Source of the DNA: Nitrospirota bacterium
GTDB lineage: Bacteria > Nitrospirota > Nitrospiria > Nitrospirales > Nitrospiraceae
NCBI GenBank assembly: GCA_963701855.1
Contig: CAVPBK010000006.1
Coordinates: 864,001 to 928,000 of the forward strand
Length of the DNA stretch: 64,000 nucleotides
Direction: 5' to 3'
Part shown: piece by piece, positions 31,491 to 41,885 of the stretch
Position numbering within the stretch: position 1 is the stretch's first letter
Layout: the number at the start of each line of letters is the position of its first letter
The notes under the pieces: model-generated
What the model was told of the DNA's origin: nothing
Databases searched by the model: none
The model's input: the letters and a program-made list of their open reading frames with translations, nothing else
Translations under genes and position numbers: made by a program

Positions 31491-31846
31491 GAAATAATTC
31501 CACATGTAGATGTAGATTGAGACGGAGAGGTTAATACCGAGAGTCAGGCCTCCGCCTGCTCGCCTGTTCACGATAAGGCATTTGGTCCATCCTTCGACAG
31601 AAACTTGGGGGTGTGCCGGAGTAGTTTTCAAACCCCTCGCCTTGTTTGCACCAGCGCATAGACGGCTAGTCCGCGCAACAAACCATAGAAACCTGTCGTA
31701 CTCCTGGCCAAAGGTTAGGTTCATGCATGACCACACCAAGGCACAGTGCGAAAATGGTCCTCTCTTGCATCATCTTAATGATCGCCGATGCGTCATAAGA
31801 GGCGGCAAGTGAAACTTGGACGAGAAGCCTGTTGGAGACGGGAATG

Positions 31847-32218
31847 TCACGTTGTCGGTGTCTTGGCTGACTCAATGTCTGTTGCTGTGATCAGACTCGA
31901 TAAATAATCAGCTACAAAATTGAGAGCCTCCTCTCGTCCGTCCGCGCGACGTCCTTTTTCTCGCCGCTGCACCGATAATTCGTGGTCAAGATCGGATTTA
32001 ACCTCCGTGAGAACTCGCTGCAGGGATGAAGGCGTCAGGTTCGCATCCATGTCTTCGAGCTCTTGGCAGCGATCAAGTACCCAATTTAACCCTTCGATCC
32101 GCCCGGCGTAATGTTCCTGTTCTGCGGTGTCAATCCGTGACATCGTGGTGGCAAATGTCTGGGCCTCGTAGATGAGATTATAAAAGCTGGTCACTGCTCG
32201 CTGTAGGGTAGGATTCAT
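31847..32218 (-). CDS. Hypothetical helical protein
   Basis: SD AAGGAG; internal pseudo-repeat GRIEGLNWV / GREEALNFV. Confidence 0.75.
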   Translation of the reverse strand: MNPTLQRAVTSFYNLIYEAQTFATTMSRIDTAEQEHYAGRIEGLNWVLDRCQELEDMDANLTPSSLQRVLTEVKSDLDHELSVQRREKGRRADGREEALNFVADYLSSLITATDIESAKTPTT

Positions 32219-32294
32219 GTCGCTCCTTTGCACAAAATATCAACCGTCTGATTATACATGAGAATGCCAAGGTGACAAGGAAAAAATTGTTGGG

Positions 32295-32720
32295 CTAGGT
32301 AAACAGGAGATCATGAAACTCGTTCATGAATCCGTAATAGAGCGGGGCGAAATCTTTGAGACTCTCGGGGCTAGTTTCTTTGAGACGTTTGAAGAAAAGG
32401 ACCTGTGTACGAGAGTCGATCTGTTCAAGGAGCTGCCCCAAATTAGCCATGGTAAAGCTGCCGATTGGAACACTGAGCACATAGTGCACGAGGCGTTCAA
32501 CAAATTGTTGAGCAAGATATTCGCTGGTGAGGTAGCCTTCCGGGAGTTTTCCTGAAGCCAGAAACTCGTCGAAAGGTATGGCTTGCGCAGCAAATGGGAC
32601 AGATGGTTGCTGACTAGAGGTCACGCCGATGATACCCCAGCTTGTGTTAGAGGAACCGTAGACACCAGCAACTCTACTGGACCTCTTGGAGCACGTCAAG
32701 TGCGCAGAAGAAGCAACCAA
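32295..32720 (-). CDS. Hypothetical protein (start uncertain)
   Basis: Protein-like C-terminal ~105 aa. Confidence 0.65.
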   Translation of the reverse strand: MVASSAHLTCSKRSSRVAGVYGSSNTSWGIIGVTSSQQPSVPFAAQAIPFDEFLASGKLPEGYLTSEYLAQQFVERLVHYVLSVPIGSFTMANLGQLLEQIDSRTQVLFFKRLKETSPESLKDFAPLYYGFMNEFHDLLFT

Positions 32721-32770
32721 AGCCTGAGTCGAAAGACTGGTGAAGACTCAAAAAGCTTGGGTCAAATAGA

Positions 32771-32801
32771 AGGGGCGGAGTCCCCGAGGAACTCCGCCCC
32801 T
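32771..32801 (-). terminator. Intrinsic terminator of nxrAB
   Basis: AGGGGCGGAGT-CCCCGAGGA-ACTCCGCCCCT followed by TCTATTT on the minus strand. Confidence 0.8.
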
Positions 32802-32826
32802 TGTCACGCGCTGGTCGCGCCGACGC

Positions 32827-34116
32827 CTACAACCAGTTGACGCGTTCGGCGGGCCGAATGTAGATCGGCTCTTCGACCTGAATCCGCGCCACTTCCTTCC
32901 CCGACTTGTTGAAGCCCAGCACGGTATCGTTGTACATCTCGAACCGTTTCCCGTGGATCTGGGTTTCGAACACTTTGGGGCCCGGAATGACATCGTACCG
33001 GAAGACGATCTGCTGGCTGGCGCGCCAGAGCTGGAGCACGGCCAAGAGTTCCCGGCTGGGCACCAGATACTTTTCAATGGCATTATCCACGCCCGGGCCG
33101 AACATCTGGCGCGCATAGCCGCGGGGGCTATGCCGCGGGGGGATGTAGTAGCCATTGGGCTCCGTGCCCCACTGCGGGTACAGGGGCAGCGCCACCTGCT
33201 CGACACGAATGGTGTAGTAGAGCGGATGCCACCGATCTTCCGCCCACAGGCCATCGTCGCCGATGCGCATGAGACTCTGCATGCGGATCTTCCCGACACA
33301 GGCCGCCATACAGCGGGTTTCCATCGGCTCGCCCCCGGTCAGCGGATCCTTCCCTTCAATGCGCGGATAGCAGGCAATGCACTTCTCCGAGACGCGCGTG
33401 GTGCCGCGATACATCGGTTTCTTGTAGGGACATTGTTCGACACACTTCTTGTACCCCCGGCACCGATTCTGGTCGATCAAGACAATGCCGTCTTCGGGCC
33501 GCTTGTAGATCGCCTTGCGGGGGCAGGCTGCCAAGCACCCGGGATACGTGCAGTGGTTGCAAATCCGTTGGAGATAGAAGAAGAAGGTCTCGTGCTCCGG
33601 CAGACTACTGCCCGTCATCTTCCACGGTTCGTCCCGGGAGAACCCGGTCTTATCGATGCCTTCCACGAGGGCGCGCATCGAGGTGGCCGTGTCTTCGTAG
33701 ATATTCACGAACCGCCACTCCTGGTCCGTCGGAATATAGCCGATCGCCGCCTGCCCCACCTTGGCCCCGGCGTCGAAAATGGTCATGCCTTCAAACACGC
33801 CGTAGGGGGCATGGTGCTTGCGGCCCACCCGGACGTTCCAGACCTGGCCCCCCGGGTTCACCTGCTCGATGAGCTGGGTAATCTTCACATCGTAGAACTG
33901 GGGGTACCCGCCGTACGGCTTGGTTTCCACATTGTTCCACCACATGTATTCCTGCCCTTTGGAGAAGAGCCAGGTGGACTTGTCCGCCATCGAACAGGTC
34001 TGACAGGCCAAACACCGGTTAATATTAAACACAAAGGCAAACTGCCACTTCGGATGCCGCTCCTCGTAGGGATACAGCATCTTCCGTCCCAGGTGCCAGT
34101 TATACACTTCAGGCAT
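32827..34116 (-). CDS. nxrB: Nitrite oxidoreductase beta subunit (periplasmic Nitrospira type)
   Basis: MPEVYNW, RCLACQTCSMADK, CNHCTYPGCLAACP, CRGYKKCVEQCP and CIACYPR; 429 aa. Confidence 0.97.
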   Translation of the reverse strand: MPEVYNWHLGRKMLYPYEERHPKWQFAFVFNINRCLACQTCSMADKSTWLFSKGQEYMWWNNVETKPYGGYPQFYDVKITQLIEQVNPGGQVWNVRVGRKHHAPYGVFEGMTIFDAGAKVGQAAIGYIPTDQEWRFVNIYEDTATSMRALVEGIDKTGFSRDEPWKMTGSSLPEHETFFFYLQRICNHCTYPGCLAACPRKAIYKRPEDGIVLIDQNRCRGYKKCVEQCPYKKPMYRGTTRVSEKCIACYPRIEGKDPLTGGEPMETRCMAACVGKIRMQSLMRIGDDGLWAEDRWHPLYYTIRVEQVALPLYPQWGTEPNGYYIPPRHSPRGYARQMFGPGVDNAIEKYLVPSRELLAVLQLWRASQQIVFRYDVIPGPKVFETQIHGKRFEMYNDTVLGFNKSGKEVARIQVEEPIYIRPAERVNWL

Positions 34117-34185
34117 GGTGGTTCCTCCTCATTCTTCGTTCACCGCGATTCCTCGCCGTCGATTCCCATGGCACACGTACCGTCC

Positions 34186-37100
34186 TCAGACTTTAATCTT
34201 GATGTGTTCGCCTTTGAGCCACTTGATCATGAACTCATTCTCTTGGCCCGGCGTGAAGCCCGTCCGCACCGGCTCCCAGGGTCCCCGAGCCCCGATCCCG
34301 CCGTCTTCGGCCTTGGTGATCCGGATGAGACATTCCTTCGGCACGGTATTGATCGCATGGTGATCGACCTGATAGCCCCACTTAAACTTCCAGGCGATGG
34401 CATGCTTGCCGGGCAACGAGTCGGTCTGATGCATCGGCATCAGCCAGTTCCGCGTAAAGGACTGTTGGGCTCCGTACCGGAAGTTCGACTGATAGCCCGT
34501 GTCCACGGCAATGGCGCGGCCGTCCGGGCGCGTCTCATGGCCCTTGACCGACTTGGGCGTGGCCACGTAGGGCGCGTGCTTCGCCATCGTGACGTGGTAG
34601 GGATAGGCCGGATTGTACTTGGCCCGAATCATGAGGCGCGCCACCTTATAGTAGGGATCCGAGGGCTTCCAGCCGCGATAGGGCCGGTCCACCGGATTGC
34701 CGTCCACATAGACATAGTCGCCGTCGTTGATCCCGCGGTCTTTCGCCGCCTGCGGGTTGATGTGCAGCTGGTGCTCGCCCACCCCCGGGGTCCGTTTGTC
34801 CATGCGGTACGGATCGCCGAAGTTCGACTCATAAATCTGCACCCAGTCGTTCACGGACCATTGGCTGTGCACCCGATGGCGGGTCTTGGGCGTGACGCAG
34901 TAGAACTGGTAGCCCTTCTCCCACAAGGGGTTCGCATGGCGCTTAATTTCCTGCCACGGCAGCTTGATGTTCCGCACCGTTTTATCGTCATGGTGCTGCG
35001 CCGTGATCGGAATCCCGTAATCGTCCGGCCGGACATAGGGGTTGGTGGTCATGATCGCATTCGGCAGATAGGGGGTCGCTTCCGTCCCTTCGCGGTGTGA
35101 AATGAAGTTTTCGCCATATTCGATCGCTTCCGGCTCGGTTCGGTAATTTTCATACCGCCCGGTTCGGGTCCACATGGGTTTCGACTCGTTGGTCTCTTCC
35201 CAAAACGGCGTACGCGGATAGGTCCGCACCATGACCATCCAGCCCTTTTCGGATTTCAGCATGACATCGGCGCTGTAGCCGTAGAAGGTACTGGAGGCAT
35301 CGAGCATCCGTTGGGCATAGACATCGACGCGGTTTTCGTAGACGAACTTGAAGTAGTCGCGCATCCGCTTGTCGCCGGTCATATCCGACAACTTGGCCGC
35401 CACCCCGGCAAAGGTATCGAGGTCGTTCCGCGTGTCGTACAGCGGCCGGATCCCCCCCTTCCAGATCTGGATCCAGGGGTTCGACACCGTCACCGTCATC
35501 TCGGGATAGGTGAACTCCATCCAGGAGTTCGCGGCGAAGGCGATATCGTTATGGTTCACGTCCGAGGTCATCTCGATGTCCTGACAGATCAGGGTCTCGA
35601 TATTCGGATCGACGTTCTTGACCATGTCGTAGTGGTGCTTGGCGTTGTTCAGCACGTTCACATTGACCACCCAGCGGAACTTGCTCGGGGTCGGCATGTG
35701 CGTTTTGCCCGTAAACACCTTGCGCCCATACTTGGGGGTGCTGACGATCAAGGCGGTATCGCCATGGTTCCAGTAGCCGACCTCTTCGCCGTAGTAATAC
35801 GAGTTGGTCTTGATCTCCTTGCCGTGCGCGTTCGGATCGAGCGTGATGTTGAAGGGATCCTCCCCGGTGTGCACCGCGAGTCCCGCCCCAGACCAGGGTG
35901 TTGCCGTCCATGTTCCCGCCTTGTAGTTGCCGGCCCAAGTATGCTGCCCGGTGCCGAACTTGCCCACGTTGCCCGTGACGATGAGCACCATCGCTGCTCC
36001 GCGCGCATTCACAGTTTGATGGAAATAATGACAGGTTCCTTCGCCGTTGTGAATGGCGGCGGGCTTGATCGAGCCGGAATCCCGGGCCCAGCGGACCAAC
36101 AGATCCTTCGGCGTCCGGCAAATCTGATGGACGGTGTCCAGGTCATAGTCCTGGAAATGCACCAAATACATCTGCCAGACCGGCATCGCATCGACTTCGC
36201 GCCCATTGAGCAACTTCACGCGATAGGTCCCGGTGAGGGCGGCATCGATGCCACTGTTCTGATAATGCCAGCCGACCTGCTCCCGGTGCAGCGGGACCGC
36301 CTGCTTCTTGTTCAGATCCCAGACCATCATGCCGCCGAGCCGCGCAACCTGCGCCGGGTTCAGCGACTGTACCCGGCCCGAATAGCTCTTGGAGAAGTCC
36401 GGGAACTGGTAGTCCGCCACCACATCGCGCGGATCCAGGAATTGCAAGGTGTCGGTGCGGACGAGCATGGGCGAATCGGTAAAGCCCTTCAAGAAGTCGG
36501 TGTCGTGCATATTCTCATCGACGATGATCTTCATGGCGCCCAAGAAAATCGCGCCATCCGATGCGGGCCGGAGCGGCATCCAGTAGTCCGCCCGATAGGC
36601 GGTCGGGTTATACTCCGGCGTGATCACGACGATCCGGGCCCCCCGCTCGATACACTCGAGCTTCCAGTGGGCTTCCGGCATCTTGTTCTCGACGAAGTTC
36701 TTGCCCCAGCTCGTGTTCAACTTGGAGAACCGCATGTCGGAAAGGTCGATGTCCGACCCCTGCGCTCCGCACCACCAAGGGTGGGCTGGATTCTGGTCGC
36801 CGTGCCAGGTATAGTTCGACCAATAGCGGCCCCCCTGCGCCTGTTCGGGGCCGACCTTCCGGATCCAGGTATCCAGGAGCGCGTTGACGCCCCCGTTCAT
36901 GCGGGTGTTGCCCATTTTGCCGATGATCCCGAGGACCGGCATGCCCGCGCGATGCTTGAAGCAGCGCGTACCCGCGCCCTTCATCATCTCGATCATTTCC
37001 GGCGCATAGCCCTGCTCCCGCAGCCGCCGCGCGCCGGCCTCCCCGCTGTACCGTGTGGCAATGATGATCATGGCCTTGGCCGCATAGGTGAACGCCGTAT

Positions 37101-37623
37101 CCCACGACACCCGCAGCATATCGTCCAGAAAGCGGGCGTCGAACTTATACTTGCGCTTCGCCTCCGACGAGAGCTCCGGGGAGCCCGCGTCCATCCACTC
37201 CTTCCAGCCCTTGCGCATCAACGGCCCTTTCAACCGATAGGGGCCATAGACCCGGCGGTGGAAGGTAAACCCCTTCAAGCACATGCGCGGGTTGTGGGCA
37301 AAGGTCCCGCGGTTGCCGTAGAGATCTTCATAGGTCTGGTGGTCGTAATTCTGCTCGACCCGCATCACCACGCCGTTCCGGACAAAGGCCCGCACGCGGC
37401 AGGCATGCGTGTCATTCGGGGAACAGACCCAGGTAAACGATGAATCGTACCGATACTGGTCGTGATAGACCCGCTCCCAGGACCGGTCCGGATAGTCTCC
37501 CAACGGGTTCCCGACTTCGATGACCGGCTGGAGTGCGGTCAGCGCCAGCACATTGTCCGCCACGGCCACGGCCGCGACCGTCCCCGCCGTCACTTTTAAG
37601 AACTGCCTCCGTGACAAAAACAT
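34186..37623 (-). CDS. nxrA: Nitrite oxidoreductase alpha subunit (Mo-bisPGD, Tat signal)
   Basis: SRRQFLK Tat motif, CSPNDTHAC...RMCLKG FS0 motif, YTWHGD and TPKTRHRVHSQW; 1145 aa. Confidence 0.97.
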   Translation of the reverse strand: MFLSRRQFLKVTAGTVAAVAVADNVLALTALQPVIEVGNPLGDYPDRSWERVYHDQYRYDSSFTWVCSPNDTHACRVRAFVRNGVVMRVEQNYDHQTYEDLYGNRGTFAHNPRMCLKGFTFHRRVYGPYRLKGPLMRKGWKEWMDAGSPELSSEAKRKYKFDARFLDDMLRVSWDTAFTYAAKAMIIIATRYSGEAGARRLREQGYAPEMIEMMKGAGTRCFKHRAGMPVLGIIGKMGNTRMNGGVNALLDTWIRKVGPEQAQGGRYWSNYTWHGDQNPAHPWWCGAQGSDIDLSDMRFSKLNTSWGKNFVENKMPEAHWKLECIERGARIVVITPEYNPTAYRADYWMPLRPASDGAIFLGAMKIIVDENMHDTDFLKGFTDSPMLVRTDTLQFLDPRDVVADYQFPDFSKSYSGRVQSLNPAQVARLGGMMVWDLNKKQAVPLHREQVGWHYQNSGIDAALTGTYRVKLLNGREVDAMPVWQMYLVHFQDYDLDTVHQICRTPKDLLVRWARDSGSIKPAAIHNGEGTCHYFHQTVNARGAAMVLIVTGNVGKFGTGQHTWAGNYKAGTWTATPWSGAGLAVHTGEDPFNITLDPNAHGKEIKTNSYYYGEEVGYWNHGDTALIVSTPKYGRKVFTGKTHMPTPSKFRWVVNVNVLNNAKHHYDMVKNVDPNIETLICQDIEMTSDVNHNDIAFAANSWMEFTYPEMTVTVSNPWIQIWKGGIRPLYDTRNDLDTFAGVAAKLSDMTGDKRMRDYFKFVYENRVDVYAQRMLDASSTFYGYSADVMLKSEKGWMVMVRTYPRTPFWEETNESKPMWTRTGRYENYRTEPEAIEYGENFISHREGTEATPYLPNAIMTTNPYVRPDDYGIPITAQHHDDKTVRNIKLPWQEIKRHANPLWEKGYQFYCVTPKTRHRVHSQWSVNDWVQIYESNFGDPYRMDKRTPGVGEHQLHINPQAAKDRGINDGDYVYVDGNPVDRPYRGWKPSDPYYKVARLMIRAKYNPAYPYHVTMAKHAPYVATPKSVKGHETRPDGRAIAVDTGYQSNFRYGAQQSFTRNWLMPMHQTDSLPGKHAIAWKFKWGYQVDHHAINTVPKECLIRITKAEDGGIGARGPWEPVRTGFTPGQENEFMIKWLKGEHIKIKV

Positions 37624-37750
37624 GGGTCACACCTCCTACAGTTAGAGAGCTACCGTAAAAAAGAAGCGAACATAACAATTAGCTATCAGATCATGCTCCA
37701 TACCGTCTCTTATATTGGGTTTCTGGCATTTCCATGGACGCTGTCTAGTC

Positions 37751-37765
37751 GCAATACGCACACCA
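37751..37765 (-). promoter_or_regulatory. sigma54 (-24/-12) promoter of nxrAB
   Basis: Minus-strand TGGTGTGCGTATTGC (GG-N10-GC) about 130 bp upstream of the nxrA ATG. Confidence 0.65.
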
Positions 37766-37932
37766 CATTCGACATGTATATTGCATTTCGGTTGAGCGTG
37801 TTAAGTCATTGAATAATAAACCGTAAAGTGCCATTAAGATGATTATCTAAGAGGATCAAGATAAGTGCTATTGAGTATTTGCCGTATCACTTGTTCAATA
37901 CCTATTCGATTTCAATAGATAAGTATTCATTA

Positions 37933-37945
37933 AATCAACAGCTTG
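37933..37945 (+). promoter_or_regulatory. IHF-like site in the nxrA upstream region
   Basis: AATCAACAGCTTG matches WATCAANNNNTTR; a second near-match lies on the minus strand at about 37802-37814. Confidence 0.55.
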
Positions 37946-38051
37946 GCCGCAATGTTCACATGCTACCATTTGGTATCATTATTGAGTCGTTGTAACAAAA
38001 GTAACAGGATAACGATAACTAATGAGCAGCGTGGCAGACAAGATTGATTGC

Positions 38052-38081
38052 TTGACAGCTTCGTTCCTACATCAGTAAAAT
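38052..38081 (+). promoter_or_regulatory. sigma70 promoter of tRNA-Gly
   Basis: TTGACA-N18-TAAAAT. Confidence 0.65.
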
Positions 38082-38108
38082 CCCACCCCTCTGACTGATT
38101 GTGATCGA

Positions 38109-38183
38109 GCGGGAATAGCTCAGTGGTAGAGCATCGCCTTGCCAAGGCGAGGGTCGCGGGTTCAAATCCCGTTTCCCGCTCCA
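38109..38183 (+). tRNA. tRNA-Gly(GCC)
   Basis: GCGGGAATAGCTCAGTGGTAGAGCATCGCC-TT-GCC-AA-GGCGAGGGTCGCGGGTTCAAATCCCGTTTCCCGCTCCA. Confidence 0.97.
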
Positions 38184-38528
38184 GTATTCAGTCTTCTTCT
38201 CAAGATGCCTTCCTCTCCCCGTGCATCATGCATGGGGGCCATCACGTTGTTCACCGGTTGGAGTGCTTCTCTCCGCAGGTCAAGCAGACCACAGACATAA
38301 TTGACGTAACCGTTGCATCGGTCGAAGAGGCCGTTCGTACTCTGTACGATGTTGCGATTACACACCGGTGCGACCAGTTGCCGCTTGATGCACTATCGGA
38401 AGCGCGAGTTTTTCTCAAGTGTGAAAAACTTTCAGCGCGGCGGCGTGATGCTTACTGGAGGCAATGTGGAGTGGTTGCGGCCCTGCTCACATCTGGACGG
38501 GAGCTAGACTATGCGGCGATACGGGTGG

Positions 38529-40721
38529 CTAGCGAGCCCCGTGCATGAGGGTTTGTATCCGCCCCACCTGTTCAGCGGCACGAGAGAGTTCGCCCGCGGT
38601 AAGCGGGGTTCGACTATATCGTCCCTGGTGGTAGAGGGCCGTCACGTCAGCTACCATAGGGCTGGCCACTTTCCATTTCCGTTCAACCAGTCTGGCAAAT
38701 TCACTGGCTGTGGAAGATGGAGGTTTGCTCACGCCGTGTCTCTCCACTATACGAACCATGCGATTATAGAGCTGGACGATCGCGAGCTGCGGATGCGACG
38801 TCGGAAGATGGATGGTCGCCCAGAGCCCTATCCTATCCCGAAGCATGAGGAGAAGCAGGGCCAAGCCGACCACAATCACTCCTGTCACGAGTCCCAGCAT
38901 GCCGGGCTGAAACGTTCGGACCATGTGCGCCAGGCGGCTGAAAGCCTGGCCTATCGGAGCGCTGAACAATGAACTCCAGCGACTCATCCGTTCACGCACT
39001 GCATCACTGCCCTCTCGTACTCCATGAACGACTGCCAGTTGATCCTTTGCGCTATAATGGACGAACAGGCGATCCCACTGTAGCCAAATGGATTCTCCGA
39101 GTCGGGTGATGGATTCCCAGCGATTTGTGGCGACTGTTGCACTGATCGTAGGGGTAGGATCCATGATGATCCAGCCTGAGTGAGGAAAGTAGACCTCGAC
39201 CCAAGCATGGGCATCCCGCTGACGCACGGTGAAGTAGCCCCCGTATTCGTTCCATTCCGTGGCCAAAAACCCTGTCACCAATCGAGCGGGAATACCTATG
39301 GTCCGCAGCATCACAACCATGGCGGTTGCGTAATGTTCGCAGTACCCGGTTTTGCGTGTAAAAAGAAATTCGTCGAGCGGGTGGCTGAGCGTTGCTGTGT
39401 CGGCTTCAAGGCTGTAACGGTAATTCTCCAAGAGATGTTGCTGGATCGCCATCATTCGCCCGAATGGGGTCGCGGCCTGTTGGGTGACACGATGTGCCAA
39501 ATCTGCCACCTGCTGTGACCCCAGGGGAACTTGAAGATAGTGGGAACGAATTAAGTCGGGATAGGCCAGGGCCGACGCAATTCGTTCGGCAGTGACGAGC
39601 TGGGGAACTCGAGAGGTGACGGAGTATCGGATGCGGGAAAAAGGAGGAGATGACAAGTGGAGCCCACCCATGGCATCAGACTGTAAGGCTAGAAACTCGC
39701 CGCTCACAAGTTCAGCGAATGGTGCAGCAAACAGGACTGCGGTATCGAGCGGTTCCAACAGGATATCTTGGCGAATTGGTATGGACTGGCCGTTCGGAAG
39801 TTGGCTGCCAGCTAAGCGAGCGAGAAATGTTCCATCGGCCACGAGATTCAGCGAGCGCCGACGGGTTCCAGTATGACTCCATGATCGTCCATTGTACTGA
39901 TCGTAGGCGTGGCCCCTCAGGTAGAGGCGATCTTTTTCAACAGCGGGCTGGTCCGGTAATTCAACCCGCATGACGATCTGAGGGTCTTGCTTGACTGACC
40001 CGATCGTCCCTAGGTCAACTCGGTCGGAAAAGCCCGTCGTCCGCAGTGCTTCCCCGCTCGTCTTCTGCAGCACACCCGCGCCGATGCGAGGGATGAGAAA
40101 GAAAATGGCGAGCGTCAGGATAAGCGTCAGGACAGCAGTTCCGTTCGTCAACCAAAAGAATCGGTGAGTGATGCGGCTTGGGAATGCCGCGTGACAGACT
40201 GCCACGTTCGTGGGTGGGACACCGGACGGGGTTTCGCCCGTTTCTTGGGTCAAGTGATACAGCAAGAGTGTCCAGACTGCCACGAGCAAATACAGCAGAA
40301 AAATAGGGACATACCACGCATCAGTCGTCAGTGCCGCGGAAGCCAGGATGGCCATAAGACTAATCGCATAGAGATGCCGATAATCACGCCGCTGTTGAAG
40401 AGTGAGTAGCTTGATACTCAGCAGCACGACCAAAAAATGGATGCCCGCAGGGAGAAGGTCTCGTGATGCCACCGTAAGATCGATCAGCAATATGACAAAG
40501 GCACCGATCAATAGGACATTCCACAAGGCTGGAGAAACGGTCGCCTGTGCCATCGCCCGTCGAACGAAACGAACCCCTCCTGCGTGAAGCAGCGAGGTGA
40601 TGAGGATGATCGCTGTAGGGAAGGCGAGCCAGAGTGGGACGCTCTGCGCAAAGACAAGTCCGCTAAACGCTGTGGCGGCGAGAAGGACGGAGCTGAGGGC
40701 AAAGGCCTGATTAAAAGGCAT
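38529..40721 (-). CDS. Membrane transglutaminase-like protein (TgpA-like, DUF3488/DUF4129)
   Basis: N-terminal TM helices; GYCEHYATAM, GIPARLVTGF, DAHAWVEVYF and DPTP. Confidence 0.92.
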   Translation of the reverse strand: MPFNQAFALSSVLLAATAFSGLVFAQSVPLWLAFPTAIILITSLLHAGGVRFVRRAMAQATVSPALWNVLLIGAFVILLIDLTVASRDLLPAGIHFLVVLLSIKLLTLQQRRDYRHLYAISLMAILASAALTTDAWYVPIFLLYLLVAVWTLLLYHLTQETGETPSGVPPTNVAVCHAAFPSRITHRFFWLTNGTAVLTLILTLAIFFLIPRIGAGVLQKTSGEALRTTGFSDRVDLGTIGSVKQDPQIVMRVELPDQPAVEKDRLYLRGHAYDQYNGRSWSHTGTRRRSLNLVADGTFLARLAGSQLPNGQSIPIRQDILLEPLDTAVLFAAPFAELVSGEFLALQSDAMGGLHLSSPPFSRIRYSVTSRVPQLVTAERIASALAYPDLIRSHYLQVPLGSQQVADLAHRVTQQAATPFGRMMAIQQHLLENYRYSLEADTATLSHPLDEFLFTRKTGYCEHYATAMVVMLRTIGIPARLVTGFLATEWNEYGGYFTVRQRDAHAWVEVYFPHSGWIIMDPTPTISATVATNRWESITRLGESIWLQWDRLFVHYSAKDQLAVVHGVREGSDAVRERMSRWSSLFSAPIGQAFSRLAHMVRTFQPGMLGLVTGVIVVGLALLLLMLRDRIGLWATIHLPTSHPQLAIVQLYNRMVRIVERHGVSKPPSSTASEFARLVERKWKVASPMVADVTALYHQGRYSRTPLTAGELSRAAEQVGRIQTLMHGAR

Positions 40722-41859
40722 GTGTTAATTCTTCAAGTTGAGTGGCATGGAGTACCCGATCAGCTTGTACTGTATTTGCGGCTATCGCCTGGTCCGACCA
40801 GGGTACGACTGCCACTGTGTAGCCTCGCTCGCCTTCGTGGGTAAGTGGGGGGTACTCGCCGTCATGGCCGACTCCACCGACTTCAGGTGGCTGCCGCTGG
40901 CATAACGCCAACAGGCGCAGCATCGCCAAGAGGTGAGCAGGTCCAGACCCGAGTCCTGAGTCTTCTGTCCCTAGAATAAGCCGCACAGGGTAGGCCCGCT
41001 CTGTCAGTTGCCAGAGAAGTGATGCGACGAACGTCACGCTTCGTTCGAATAGAGATTCGCATTTTTCAGGGGCTACAATCGAGAGAACGACGGTGATGCG
41101 TCGTTGATCCTCCGCTTCGGTTTCCCGCACGATCAGCTGAGACGTGCGGGCGGTTGTCATCCAATGGATGGCTCGCGAGTCATCGCCTGGTTGATACAGG
41201 CGGAGGTTGTACAGCTGGATCCCATGTCCTCGTCGTGGGAGAGACTCCCCCTGCCCTTCGCTGACTAATTCATCCACGAATCGCAAGGTGAGCGGCTTGA
41301 CGGGAGGACTGACGAGCAAATGAACCTCCGTGGAATAGAGCCCTTTCTTGAGAAACAGTCCAAAGGGAAATAGCGTCTGCGCCCGGATCCCTTCGAACCG
41401 GATCCAGCCTCGTTTTGTGGCAAGCAGTGGATAGGACAGGAGTGCGGAACTCTGCGGGGGCAGGAGGCGAATCGCAAGACCTCGGTCGACATCTTGGCCT
41501 TCGACGACATCGAATAGACGCAAGGAAAAACTGGGCAAGTGCCGGTTCCGATTGGCAACCGTAATGGTGAGGGTGGTCGGCTCATTGGCCATGATGAGAT
41601 CGGGCACATGCCGACGAAATTCCAATCGCCGAAGGCAATGCTCCGAGAGCAATCCGGAAATCACGATGAGACTGAGCATCATTGCGAGGAGTAAGTAAAA
41701 CAGATTGTTGCCGGTGTTGATGGCGGCGAGCCCGATTCCGAATGTGAAGAGAAGAAACCTGGTCCCTTCAGACGTGAGACGAATCGACCGCCACCGGGAC
41801 ATGCCCTTGACGAAGGAGAAGGCTGGGAAGCCACGGAGACCGAGGAGTGGGTGTTTCAC
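40711..41859 (-). CDS. DUF58 family protein
   Basis: AAINTGNNL, FPFGLF and LRLYQPGDDSRAIHWMTTAR. Confidence 0.9.
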   Translation of the reverse strand: MKHPLLGLRGFPAFSFVKGMSRWRSIRLTSEGTRFLLFTFGIGLAAINTGNNLFYLLLAMMLSLIVISGLLSEHCLRRLEFRRHVPDLIMANEPTTLTITVANRNRHLPSFSLRLFDVVEGQDVDRGLAIRLLPPQSSALLSYPLLATKRGWIRFEGIRAQTLFPFGLFLKKGLYSTEVHLLVSPPVKPLTLRFVDELVSEGQGESLPRRGHGIQLYNLRLYQPGDDSRAIHWMTTARTSQLIVRETEAEDQRRITVVLSIVAPEKCESLFERSVTFVASLLWQLTERAYPVRLILGTEDSGLGSGPAHLLAMLRLLALCQRQPPEVGGVGHDGEYPPLTHEGERGYTVAVVPWSDQAIAANTVQADRVLHATQLEELTHAF

Positions 41860-41885
41860 ACGCGTAGTTCATCCAGTTGGCCGGC

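Noticed and set aside
32953..37443. Two very long plus-strand ORFs (715 and 710 aa) antisense to nxrAB
   Set aside because: Shadow ORFs caused by strong G/C third-position bias; no motifs, and fully overlapping bona fide genes
38123..38548. 141-aa ORF after tRNA-Gly, with a YjbQ-like TDIIDVT snippet; possible island remnant
   Set aside because: The ORF begins inside the tRNA, similarity is too short to support a call, and no integrase or att repeat is visible
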